A DNA stretch of 64,000 nt from positions 256,492 through 320,491 of the forward strand of contig MWCT01000002.1 of the NCBI GenBank assembly GCA_002070185.1, read 5' to 3'. This DNA comes from a candidate division BRC1 bacterium ADurb.Bin183 (GTDB lineage: Bacteria > Sumerlaeota > Sumerlaeia > MWCT01). The first letter of the stretch is position 1. The number at the start of each line of letters is the position of its first letter. Positions 22,184 through 31,849 of the stretch are shown one piece after another. The position numbers and the translations under genes were made by a program. The notes beneath the pieces were generated by a model, which searched no databases, was not told the origin of the DNA, and was given only the letters and a program-made list of their open reading frames with translations.

Positions 22184-23326
22184 TTGGAAGAGGCAGCCGC
22201 ACAGTTTGCATCCCTGCCGCGAAATAATCCCCAAAAGCCGCGTCGGGTGCGATGCTTAAATCCTTTTCGTTGGCTGGAGGTCAATGAGGGTGGGGATGTG
22301 ACGCCCTGTTGCGGCTCTTGGTTCAAGGGAAATCTTGGCTCGTTGAAGAATCAGACACTGGAAGAGATTTGGAACGGCGAAAGGTTTCGGGCGGCGCGCG
22401 CTGCGATGTTTGATGGCGGAGACTGGGAGCAATTCTGCAACGCTCAGACATGTCCGCAGATTTACAATGATACATGGGTCAATGTGGATTTCATATCGCC
22501 GCAATCGCCGGATATCGTTCCGATTACAGCCGAGATGCTGGACGAGGTTCGAAATGGGCATACCGCGATGCGCGGCGGTCCTGTGCAGATTGGTCTTTCT
22601 TGCGATCCGCGATGCAATCTTCGATGCATCATGTGCTCTGCTCCCGCTGTCAAAGATCGCAGCGGCGCGCTCATCAAACGGGCTTTGGATGGAGTGCGGC
22701 AATTTTTGCCCTCCGTGCGGCGAATTAAGCTTCTGGGAGACGGAGAGGTTTTTGTCGTGCCTGAGGCGCGGGATTTTCTTTTTCAGTTTGATTCAAAAAA
22801 ATATCCGCATGTCGAATTTTTGATTCACACAAATGGGTTGCTTCTCAACGAGGCGATGTGGGCAAAAATCGCGCATATCAAGATTGACTGGTTAGTAGTT
22901 TCGATTGACGCGGCAACAAAAGAGACGTATGAAAAAATCCGTATAGGAGGCGATTGGGACGCCCTTTTGCGGAATTTGGATTTTATGGCGCAAAAATATA
23001 GCGAGGGACATATCCGAAATTTTCATTTGAGTATGACGGTTATGAAAACCAATCATCGCGAGATGGGGTCGTTTGCCGAAATGGGAAGGCGGTTGGGGGC
23101 GACTTCGACATATTTTTTTCCTATTATCGGCGACTATGGCGGGGAACAGATTTTTGATAATCGGGACATCCCCGCTCTGAGGCGCGTGGCGGAGCAACTG
23201 CGGCTGCCGATTATGAGCGAGGCTGGAATTGATATAAATGCTCTGGAACGGTGGCGCAATTGGCAGCCGACTTTTTCCGATTATATGAGATGTTTCCGCA
23301 ACCTTTTTAAAAGGAGGAGAACATGA
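22184..23326 (+). CDS. Radical SAM enzyme with N-terminal Cys-rich (SPASM/twitch-like) extension
   Basis: CxxxCxxC at Cys144/148/151 (LSCDPRCNLRCIMC) and a SAM-binding LLGDGEVF. The first roughly 95 aa carry 5 Cys (C24, C42, C43, C85, C90) in the layout PCCGSW ... LEEIWNGERFRAARAAMFDGGDWEQFCNAQTCP. Confidence 0.7.
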   Translation: MEEAAAQFASLPRNNPQKPRRVRCLNPFRWLEVNEGGDVTPCCGSWFKGNLGSLKNQTLEEIWNGERFRAARAAMFDGGDWEQFCNAQTCPQIYNDTWVNVDFISPQSPDIVPITAEMLDEVRNGHTAMRGGPVQIGLSCDPRCNLRCIMCSAPAVKDRSGALIKRALDGVRQFLPSVRRIKLLGDGEVFVVPEARDFLFQFDSKKYPHVEFLIHTNGLLLNEAMWAKIAHIKIDWLVVSIDAATKETYEKIRIGGDWDALLRNLDFMAQKYSEGHIRNFHLSMTVMKTNHREMGSFAEMGRRLGATSTYFFPIIGDYGGEQIFDNRDIPALRRVAEQLRLPIMSEAGIDINALERWRNWQPTFSDYMRCFRNLFKRRRT

Positions 23327-25194
23327 ACGTTTTTCTTGAACAGGGTTGGAGCGTGTTTTTGATTTTGGGGATGGCTTTTATGACGCTTGAGGCGCGCTTT
23401 GTACAGGCAGCCGGGATAAAAACTGCTGATATGCCAACAAGCATGTCGGCAGCATCGCCGGTCGCAGGGAAACGCATCTGCCTTGATCCGGGGCATGGGG
23501 CGGGCAGCTCGGGCGCGGTGGGACCAACAGGTCTCATCGAAAAGGACGTCAACCTGCGGGAGGCTTTGTTGTTAAAGGAGATGCTGGAGAAGGCAGGGGC
23601 GACGGTATTTATGACGCGCACGGAGGATGTGGATCCGCCGCTGCTTGAGCGGGCAAAATTCAACAAGGCGAATAAGACGGATCTTTTTGTTTCGCTGCAT
23701 CACAACGCCAATGCGCAAAATGATTCTTCCATGAATCGCACGGAGACGTTTTATCACTGGTATGACCTGGAAGGTCCGAGCGAGGACGCCGCGCGGGCTA
23801 TTCATCGGGAAATGGAAGCGCTTTTAAAGCTGCCGAACAGCAAGGTTTATATGTGTTGGGCATACGGCGTTCTTCGGGAGAATAGTTATCCCGCCGTTTT
23901 AGTGGAGCCTTCATATCTGTCAAATCCAGAAGAGGAAAAACGGCTGCGTGATGAAAATTATCTGCGCTCCATTGCGGGCGCGTATTTCCGCGGCATAGAG
24001 AAATTTTTTGAGGGAGGGCGTCCGGAAATCAAGTTGGATGAGGCGATAAAATTTGCCGATGACGGCGTCATTCAAGCGCAGGTTGTGTGTCCGGCGGGCT
24101 CGGCGCTCGTGGCTCGCGGAGATATAAGAATCAAAGTGGATGGGCAGCCGCATTATGATTATCAATTTGATACCGAAGGCGGCGCGCTTTCCATTTATTT
24201 GCCGATTGATTTAGCCTTAGGCAAACATGAGATTTCAATCGCGGCTCGCAATGTGGCGGGAAACACGTCGTTTGTGCATCGGCGTTTTTTTGAGTTGCAA
24301 AAACCGATTGTCCGCGCGGAGGCAAAACAGATTCCGCTTTTTGGCGGCGTTCTAAAAGACAAGGTCATTGTTCTGGATGCGCAGGGCGGCGGCGGCGAAC
24401 CGATTTGCGTTGCGCCCGGCGGGTTGCGCGCATCAGATGTGAACCTGAAGACGACTTTATGCCTTTTTGATTATCTTAAACAATGCGGCGCAAGTGTGTC
24501 CATGACAAGGACATCGGACAAAGAAATGGACAATGTGGAGCGCGTGGCGTTTGGGTTGATGCAAGACCCTGATGTGTTTCTGACTATCGGGCATCGGATG
24601 CCGGAGCCGGGGATGGGCGAAAAGCCGGGCACGTTTGCGACTCGTTTTGGCGCACGCTGGGACGGCGGCACGGCAATCGGCAAAGCGATGGCTTATCAGA
24701 CGCGCAAAATGTTGGGGACAGGCGCGGAGCTGGGCAACATAAACAGCCGCCAGCCTCTGCCAACGGAAGTTCATAACTGGTCGAGCTGGGAGGCGATGCA
24801 CGCGGCGCAGAGATACACCGCGTTATATGTCTGCCCGATGATGTTCGATGCGCCGGGCGTGGAGGAACGGCTATCCCAAACGGCTGGCTGCCGCAAGGAG
24901 GCTTTGGCGCTGCTTTACGGTTTGCTTGCCAACTTTGGTCTGGAGGATGACAAGATGTCAACCATATCCGGCGTGGTAAACGCTCCGTCGGGCGCGCCTG
25001 CGCCGAACGCCCTTGTCCAATTGAAGGATGGCATTGTGATTCAGACGGAGGCTGACGGGCGTTTTGAATTCAAATTCCTCCAAGCGGGCAAATATGAAAT
25101 ATCCGTTTTTCTTGCGGGTTTCAAACCGGCGAAACAAGAAGTCGAGGTCGGCGATTCCGGAGAGACTGCCATCAAAATCGAACTCAAACCATAA
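23323..25194 (+). CDS. Tandem N-acetylmuramoyl-L-alanine amidase (two Amidase_3 domains) with C-terminal carboxypeptidase-regulatory-like beta-sandwich
   Basis: Domain 1 is KRICLDPGHGAGSSGAVGP ... SLHHNA. Domain 2 is KVIVLDAQGGGGEPICVAPGG. C-terminal LVQLKDGIVIQTEADGRFEFKFLQAGKYEISV. Signal peptide present. Confidence 0.75.
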   Translation: MNVFLEQGWSVFLILGMAFMTLEARFVQAAGIKTADMPTSMSAASPVAGKRICLDPGHGAGSSGAVGPTGLIEKDVNLREALLLKEMLEKAGATVFMTRTEDVDPPLLERAKFNKANKTDLFVSLHHNANAQNDSSMNRTETFYHWYDLEGPSEDAARAIHREMEALLKLPNSKVYMCWAYGVLRENSYPAVLVEPSYLSNPEEEKRLRDENYLRSIAGAYFRGIEKFFEGGRPEIKLDEAIKFADDGVIQAQVVCPAGSALVARGDIRIKVDGQPHYDYQFDTEGGALSIYLPIDLALGKHEISIAARNVAGNTSFVHRRFFELQKPIVRAEAKQIPLFGGVLKDKVIVLDAQGGGGEPICVAPGGLRASDVNLKTTLCLFDYLKQCGASVSMTRTSDKEMDNVERVAFGLMQDPDVFLTIGHRMPEPGMGEKPGTFATRFGARWDGGTAIGKAMAYQTRKMLGTGAELGNINSRQPLPTEVHNWSSWEAMHAAQRYTALYVCPMMFDAPGVEERLSQTAGCRKEALALLYGLLANFGLEDDKMSTISGVVNAPSGAPAPNALVQLKDGIVIQTEADGRFEFKFLQAGKYEISVFLAGFKPAKQEVEVGDSGETAIKIELKP

Positions 25195-25200
25195 AGGAGT

Positions 25201-26592
25201 GTGTTCATGAAATCTTATGCCAAATCCAAAGAATTGCAAACATCGCTTAAAATCCTTGAGGCATGGGCGGAAGAAAAAGTCAGCCGCCTGCGTCTGCCGG
25301 GAATGGCGGCGGGGATAGTTTATGATAAGGAACTCATCTGGGCGAAGGGATTCGGATTCGCCGATATTGAGAGGCAAAAACCGGCGACGCCCAAGACGAT
25401 ATACCGCATCGCCTCGATTTCCAAGACTTTCACCGCCACTGCCATCATGCAATTGCGCGACCGCGGGCTGCTTCAATTGGACGATCCGGTCTCGAAGCAT
25501 CTTATGTGGTTCAAATTCAAGAACCGCTTTCCCGAAGCGCCGACGATTACTATCCGCCACCTGATCACGCATACTTCGGGTCTGCCGCGGGAATCGCCTT
25601 TTTCCTATTGGAATGATTACAACTTCCCCACGCGGGAAGAGATGATTGAATGCCTGCAAAAGCAGGAGAACGCCTACCCAGCGGAGACGCGGTTCAAGTA
25701 TTCGAATTTGGCTTTGGCAATTGCGGGCGAGGTTGTGGCGAAGGTTGCAAAGCAGCCGTATGAAAAATACATTCAGGAGAATATATTCGATCCGCTGAAG
25801 ATGGCATCATCAAGCGTGAACCTGCCAAAGAGCCACATGGAGCGCCTCGCCGTTCCATATGACCGACCGAAGGCGGATGGATTGCGTGAAATCCTGCCTT
25901 TCACCGATTCAAAAGGGATTACGCCTGCCGCGAATCTTTCGTCCACTGTTGAAGATTTAGGTCGTTACATCTCCTTCCATTTGAGCGATGGAAAAGCCGG
26001 GAAAAATACGGTTTTGAAATCAAGCACACTGCGCGAGATGCACCGCATTCACTGGCTTTATCCGAGTTGGAAACAGGGCTGGGGGTTGGGGATTCGTATT
26101 TATCGAGACGGCGAGCGAACACTTTGCGGTCATGGCGGTTCTGTTTCGGGTTATCGAACAAAAATTCTTTTTGCTCCGGCGGAAAAGGTCGGGGTTATAT
26201 GCCTGACCAACTCGGAGGATGCCGACCCTTATACTTGGGGGGATCAGATGATGCGGATGATGGCGCCGACGCTTGCTTCGGTTTGCGCTCCCCCGCCGCC
26301 GCGTTTCAAAGCGGATCCCTCATGGAAAAAATACACTGGCACGTTTCATAATTCATGGGGCGAGGTGCATGTTCTTTTCCATAAGGATGAGCTTGTGATT
26401 ATGGATCCTTCCTACGAAAATCCCTTTGACAGTCTGATGAAGCTGATACCGATAGCAAAGGATGTGTTTCGCATGGAGGGCGAAGACGGACAGATGAGCA
26501 TCGGCGAGAGAGCGGTCTTTGATATGGGGCGGGACGGCAAACCAAAAAGCTTGCGCATCGGCGCCACGTATCATTATCCGGTCAAGCCATGA
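25201..26592 (+). CDS. Serine hydrolase, beta-lactamase/PBP (class C-like) family
   Basis: SxxK motif IASISKTF, YxN motif KYSNLA, and a downstream HGG region (CGHGGSVSGY). Confidence 0.75.
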   Translation: MFMKSYAKSKELQTSLKILEAWAEEKVSRLRLPGMAAGIVYDKELIWAKGFGFADIERQKPATPKTIYRIASISKTFTATAIMQLRDRGLLQLDDPVSKHLMWFKFKNRFPEAPTITIRHLITHTSGLPRESPFSYWNDYNFPTREEMIECLQKQENAYPAETRFKYSNLALAIAGEVVAKVAKQPYEKYIQENIFDPLKMASSSVNLPKSHMERLAVPYDRPKADGLREILPFTDSKGITPAANLSSTVEDLGRYISFHLSDGKAGKNTVLKSSTLREMHRIHWLYPSWKQGWGLGIRIYRDGERTLCGHGGSVSGYRTKILFAPAEKVGVICLTNSEDADPYTWGDQMMRMMAPTLASVCAPPPPRFKADPSWKKYTGTFHNSWGEVHVLFHKDELVIMDPSYENPFDSLMKLIPIAKDVFRMEGEDGQMSIGERAVFDMGRDGKPKSLRIGATYHYPVKP

Positions 26593-27158
26593 TGCTCAGC
26601 ATTGTTATTATCGCTTTTGCGCTTTCGCTGGACGCCTTTGCGGTGTCTGTGACGAACGGCATCTGCATAAAACGGCTTCATATTCGGCACGCCTTGCGGG
26701 TTGCGCTCAGTTTTGGGATCTTTCAGGCTGTCATGCCGATGGTAGGATGGCTGGCGGGCTTTGGCGTCAAGAGTTTTATGGATGGCGTTGACCACTGGAT
26801 TGCCTTCGGGCTTCTGACCGCCATCGGCATAAAGATGATTTGGGAATCGCGGAGGCTCGATACGGAAAAGGTCTGCCCTCCAGACCCCGAGCTGGGCAAC
26901 ATGCAATTATTCATGCTCTCCATAGCCACGAGCATAGACGCGCTGGCTGTGGGATTGACTCTCCCCTTATTGAGCGTTTCGATTTTTATGCCGGCGCTCA
27001 TCATTGGCGGCATCACATTTGCGGTCTGCCTCTTTGGCGTTTATGCGGGTAACCGCCTTGGGCATATATTAGAGAGCAAAATCGAAATTGTGGGCGGGCT
27101 GATACTGATTGGCATCGGGCTGAAGATATTGCTGGAACATCTAAAGATTTGGTCCTAA
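26589..27158 (+). CDS. mntP: Manganese efflux pump MntP
   Basis: 189 aa, 6 TM, with the duplicated LSLDAFAVS / IATSIDALAVG motifs characteristic of MntP. Confidence 0.8.
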   Translation: MMLSIVIIAFALSLDAFAVSVTNGICIKRLHIRHALRVALSFGIFQAVMPMVGWLAGFGVKSFMDGVDHWIAFGLLTAIGIKMIWESRRLDTEKVCPPDPELGNMQLFMLSIATSIDALAVGLTLPLLSVSIFMPALIIGGITFAVCLFGVYAGNRLGHILESKIEIVGGLILIGIGLKILLEHLKIWS

Positions 27159-27161
27159 CGT

Positions 27162-28049
27162 TTATTTCGTGATGGTTTTTGAAGAAGCGGCGGAGGATGT
27201 TGCAAGGCTTATATCCGGCGAGGCGGCAAAGGCGTCAAGGATAGCTTCCCAGATGGTTTGCTGCATAATGCGGCGTTGATGCGGTTTTGTGAGATAACGG
27301 ATGGTCAGAAGGATGCCCGAATCGCGCATTGTTGTAAAAACCGCAGGGGTCAGATGTTTGTAAAAAATCATGTATTTCTGGGCGGCGGTTCGGATTTGCG
27401 CCTCGGCTTCGTGGGAGGTTTTTTCCGCCTTTTCCTGAACGATATTCATTAATATCTGCTTTGCTGCTTTCCAGTTGCTTTCATGTGTGATGAGGACGGG
27501 GATTTCGTCCCATATAAATTCAAAACATTTTGTGTAGTTGGCAATAGGCTGGGTCATAAGCAAACCGTTTGGGATATCTATGATGCGTCCTGTGCTTTGA
27601 TCGGCATCAACCCAATTGCCGATTTCTATGATGGTAAATTGGAAAAGGTTAACATCAATGACATCGCCGCGGAAATCGCCAATCTGAATGCGGTCGCCCA
27701 CTCGGAAGGGTTGGCGAAGAATAATGAAAAGCCAGCCGGCGATATTGGCGATGATGTCCCGCAGGGCAAGCGCCATCCCGGCGCTGACGAGACCCAAATA
27801 TGTCGCCAGGGAGCTTATGCCTTTTATCCAAGTGACAACGAGGAGGATGATTCCCAGAAAGGAGATGGTATAGGTTGCTGCGCTCGCCCAGTAATAATGG
27901 CGTTTGACGTCTTTGACATGTCTGTGAATGAGACGTCCGCTCAGAAGTCTTAAAAGAGTCAGCAACACAATATAAAAAACTGTTAATCCGATTTTAGTCT
28001 GCATGCTTTGAGAGATGCCCAGATTATTGAGCCATTTAAGCAGAGTCAT
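27162..28049 (-). CDS. Mechanosensitive ion channel, MscS family
   Basis: 295 aa with N-terminal TMs, the pore helix region GLVSAGMALALRDIIANIAGWLFII and the beta-domain PFRVGDRIQIGDFRGDVIDV typical of MscS. Confidence 0.8.
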   Translation of the reverse strand: MTLLKWLNNLGISQSMQTKIGLTVFYIVLLTLLRLLSGRLIHRHVKDVKRHYYWASAATYTISFLGIILLVVTWIKGISSLATYLGLVSAGMALALRDIIANIAGWLFIILRQPFRVGDRIQIGDFRGDVIDVNLFQFTIIEIGNWVDADQSTGRIIDIPNGLLMTQPIANYTKCFEFIWDEIPVLITHESNWKAAKQILMNIVQEKAEKTSHEAEAQIRTAAQKYMIFYKHLTPAVFTTMRDSGILLTIRYLTKPHQRRIMQQTIWEAILDAFAASPDISLATSSAASSKTITK

Positions 28050-28416
28050 TAAATAAAATCCTTTGGGTAAATGATGCGCTTCAAATTAAAGAAGCATTAT
28101 CGCGGAGCCGCGCGCGGGAATACAAGGGAAATTTGTTTCGGCGGATGGATGCGTCCGTTAGGCGAAGCATTTATCTTGATTGCGCCATCAAGGGTAGCGG
28201 CGGAAGCGGATTGACGATTAACGATGCGGGGGTGAGCGTTTCAAATTTTATCATCCGCGATTTCAATTATGGCGTTGATGTTTCAGCAGATTGACGGCGA
28301 TTTCCCGAATTCGCATCCGGGCAGGATCCCACAGTTCCGCTTGAGTTATCAGCATTCTCTGTCAAATATAATCGCAATAGAAAGGAAGGGGGTGGGGGAT
28401 AGTTCTCCCGCTTTTT

Positions 28417-29100
28417 TTATTTCACAAAACGGTATTTGAGGAGCGTCCAAACGGCGGTGATGAAATCCCGCCAGCCGATTTTTTTCCCCTGCTCAAATGT
28501 GCGAGCGGAGAATGTGATAGGGGTTTCGATTATTTTTTCGCCTTTGCGCAGGACTTTTGCTGTGACTTCCGGACAGAACTCGAACCGGTTACATTTTAAT
28601 TCGATGGAGTGGATGACGTCCGCGCGGAATGCTTTGTATGCGGTGGCTTCATCGGTGATTCGATGGAAAAAAAGAATGGTGACAAGCCATGCGAGGATTT
28701 GGTTGGCGACATAATTTGGCAGAGCCATTTTTTCTACGCTTCCCAAAAATCGCGAACCATAAGCCACGTTGGTTTTGCCTTCAATGATGGGGGCAATGAC
28801 ACGTGGAATGTCCCGCGGGTCGTATTCCATATCGGCATCCTGCACAATAACGATGTCGCCGGTGGCATGTTTGAGTCCGGTTCGAATTGCCGCGCCCTTG
28901 CCTTTGTTCACGTCATGATAAACCACGATAGTATCGGGCTTTTTCTCTTCGAGTTTAAGGATGTCGCGGGTGCCGTCGCGGGAGCAGTCATCCACAAGGA
29001 TTAATTCGTGGTCTGCTGGCACAGCCGCGCGCACTCTTTCAAGGACGGTTTCGATAAGAGCCGCTTCGTTATATATGGGAATAATAATAGATAATTTCAT
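28417..29100 (-). CDS. Family 2 glycosyltransferase (polyprenyl-phosphate sugar transferase-like)
   Basis: MKLSIIIPIYNEA ... LVDDCSRDGT ... VIVQDADMEYDP is the DxD-containing GT2 signature. Confidence 0.8.
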   Translation of the reverse strand: MKLSIIIPIYNEAALIETVLERVRAAVPADHELILVDDCSRDGTRDILKLEEKKPDTIVVYHDVNKGKGAAIRTGLKHATGDIVIVQDADMEYDPRDIPRVIAPIIEGKTNVAYGSRFLGSVEKMALPNYVANQILAWLVTILFFHRITDEATAYKAFRADVIHSIELKCNRFEFCPEVTAKVLRKGEKIIETPITFSARTFEQGKKIGWRDFITAVWTLLKYRFVK

Positions 29101-29343
29101 AAATTACCGCCATTTATCAGATATAATTAAAGAAATCACTCCCCGATTAATTATTCATTGTCAATTGTCATTTGACCGCCCGGCTATTCTTTGAACAGAC
29201 AGTCAATACGAATGACGGCGGCAAAGATGCCATAAGGGAAGCAATGAGCCGGTTAATGAATTTATGATTGATTTGAAGAATTCGGATAATTATAGTTCTT
29301 ATCCGATATCTGGGTTAGATGATAAAAAAGGAAGTGCGATAAA

Positions 29344-31821
29344 ATGAAAAGGCGCAAACATTTCGCAGGTGTTTCGTTTTTTTTATTTTTAATAATTTCC
29401 ACAGGAGCGTTTTCTATGAGGGAGTTGAAACTTATTCCTAAACCAAGGGAATATCAGTTTTTGAAAAAGGAAGTCCGGTTATCGAGCGATTGGAAGATTT
29501 ATCTTGCCACCCAAACAGACGAAGACATGTTTGCCGCCGAGTTGCTGGCGATGGAGGCGCGCGGTTGTTTTGGATGGGATATGTCGGTAGCTTCTAGCGA
29601 GCCGGAAAAAAATGCGATTGTGATTCGTTCGTGCGCGCCGCAGGGCGGCGGGGACAATTTGTTCGATGCGCAGGGATATTTTTTATCTGTCGAGCCGGAG
29701 CGGATAATCATAGAGGCGCCTTCTGCGGCGGGGAAGTTTTACGGCGTTCAGACATTGCGCCAAATTTTCCGCAATGCCGTTGGGTCCACCATCCCTTGTA
29801 TAAAAATCAAGGACTGGCCTGAATTGGCGTGGCGGGGTGTTTCTGACGATATCAGCCGCGGTCAAGTCTCGATGGTTGATGATTTCAAATCTATCATCCG
29901 TGACCTTGCATTTTATAAAAAGAACCTCTACCTGCCTTATATTGAGGATATGTTCGCTTTTGATATCCATCCGATGATTGGACGGAATCGCGGCGCTATA
30001 TCGAAAAAGGAAATGGCGGAGATTGTTGCCGAAGCGAAAAAACATCATGTGGTCATCACGCCTGTTTTTGAATCGCTGGGGCATCAGGACAGGATGCTTT
30101 CGCTGCCGGAGAACCGAAAGTATGCGGAAATTTTGAATCCCGCCGAAGCTCCTTGGTCTTTTTCGCCAGTTAACAAAGAGGCATATAAATTTGTGACAGG
30201 ACTTATCAGCGAGATGGCGGCGGCTGTGCCTTCTCCCTTCTTTCATATCGGCGGCGATGAATCTTTTGACGTCGGCAAGGGCACAAGCGCGGGCAGGGTT
30301 AAAAAAATCGGCGTGGGGCGCGTCCATGCGGAATATTTTTCGCGCCTGAATGACTTCATCGAGCAGAAACTCAACCGCCGCATGTTGGTTTATGCCGACA
30401 TGGTTCTGAATCACCCGGAGGCGCTCGAGGCTATGCCCAAGAGCTGCATCATGGTGGACTGGCAGTATTTCCAAACCAATACAGATTTCCCAAGCATCAA
30501 GGTGTTGAAAGATGCGGGGTTCAAAAATATTATGGCAAGTCCGGGCATCTGGAGCTGGGCGACCTATTACCCGAATTGCTCTGCGGCTTTTACAAACATC
30601 GCCAATTTTTCTGCGATGGCAAAAAAGGAAAAGCTCATGGGCAGCATTGCGTCCTCATGGGGCGATGGCGGCTCGGAAAATCTCCGCGAGAATAATATGC
30701 TTGCTTACGCTTATTCTGCGGCGGCGGAGTGGGAGGAAGAGGCTCCGGATGCGGATCGTTTTCTGCATCGTTTTGCGTCCCTTCATTTGGGAGATGATTC
30801 GGATGCGGCGGCGGCGGCGCTGAAAAATCTGGGATGGTTCGAAGAATATCTGAACGAAACTTATTTTGGCAGATTGTTTCATCGAACGCCCAGAATCAGA
30901 ATCCAGGATGCCGGCTGGTTGGAAAGGGCGGAGCAGCTAAAGGAAAAGATGCGGGAGGCGTTGACACATCTTGAGAAGCGGCGAAGCGCGTTCAGGTTTA
31001 ACGGGGATTGGGCTGATGTGCTTGAACATGTTGCGCGGCGAAGCATCTATCTTGCCGACCGCGACCGATTGCTCGATTGGATTGCCCGGCAGATTGGCGA
31101 TAGAAAATCGGGAGACCTTTCACAAGGAATTCAGAATGAGATTATTAAAGAGCTGGAAGGATTGCGCGATGAGCTATCGTCTCTGATGGGCGATTTTCAG
31201 CGGCTCTGGCTTCGGCGAAACAAGTATCCAAAATTGGATTACAACATGCAACGGTTGGGCAACCAGCTGGGCGCGCTTCAATCATTCATCGCATCGGCAA
31301 AGGCGGGGCAGTTGACGGCGCGCAAGCCTGTCAGCGCCGTCTGGTTCTGGAGCCCTGAGCCAAATCCGCAGGAACAGGCTGCCGCGGCAACTCATTATTT
31401 TATGCGCATGGTTAATCTTGATAAGACGCCAAAGGAGGCATTTGTCAAATGCTGGGCAGACGACAAGGCAACGGTTTATATCAATGGACAAAAGGTTATT
31501 GAAATTTCCGCCTATAATCCCATTTTGATGGATTTCAACCGTCCGCAAACGGTGCGGGTTAAAGACATTTTCCGCAAAGGGAAGAATTACATTGCCATCA
31601 AAGGCGAAAATGAGAGCGGCGGACCTGCGGGAATTCTTTTTGAAGCGGCGATTATTGACGCCGATGGCAAGTCTTTAATTTTAACAGGCGATGAAGAATG
31701 GCAGACAACTCAGGAACCCGGCGACAAATGGAAAACACGCGCAATGAAAGGCAGCGGCGCGCAGAATGTTATGCTCCTTGGAACGGGTTTCATCAAACCG
31801 TGGAGTTATGTGGATTGGTAG
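29344..31821 (+). CDS. Secreted GH20 beta-N-acetylhexosaminidase with C-terminal accessory domains
   Basis: Signal peptide. GH20 catalytic region with FFHIGGDESFDVG (the catalytic D-E pair) and WRGVSDDISRGQV. 825 aa, with a C-terminal extension. Confidence 0.75.
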   Translation: MKRRKHFAGVSFFLFLIISTGAFSMRELKLIPKPREYQFLKKEVRLSSDWKIYLATQTDEDMFAAELLAMEARGCFGWDMSVASSEPEKNAIVIRSCAPQGGGDNLFDAQGYFLSVEPERIIIEAPSAAGKFYGVQTLRQIFRNAVGSTIPCIKIKDWPELAWRGVSDDISRGQVSMVDDFKSIIRDLAFYKKNLYLPYIEDMFAFDIHPMIGRNRGAISKKEMAEIVAEAKKHHVVITPVFESLGHQDRMLSLPENRKYAEILNPAEAPWSFSPVNKEAYKFVTGLISEMAAAVPSPFFHIGGDESFDVGKGTSAGRVKKIGVGRVHAEYFSRLNDFIEQKLNRRMLVYADMVLNHPEALEAMPKSCIMVDWQYFQTNTDFPSIKVLKDAGFKNIMASPGIWSWATYYPNCSAAFTNIANFSAMAKKEKLMGSIASSWGDGGSENLRENNMLAYAYSAAAEWEEEAPDADRFLHRFASLHLGDDSDAAAAALKNLGWFEEYLNETYFGRLFHRTPRIRIQDAGWLERAEQLKEKMREALTHLEKRRSAFRFNGDWADVLEHVARRSIYLADRDRLLDWIARQIGDRKSGDLSQGIQNEIIKELEGLRDELSSLMGDFQRLWLRRNKYPKLDYNMQRLGNQLGALQSFIASAKAGQLTARKPVSAVWFWSPEPNPQEQAAAATHYFMRMVNLDKTPKEAFVKCWADDKATVYINGQKVIEISAYNPILMDFNRPQTVRVKDIFRKGKNYIAIKGENESGGPAGILFEAAIIDADGKSLILTGDEEWQTTQEPGDKWKTRAMKGSGAQNVMLLGTGFIKPWSYVDW

Positions 31822-31849
31822 GTCATTTAAGAAGAATGACGCCGCGCCA

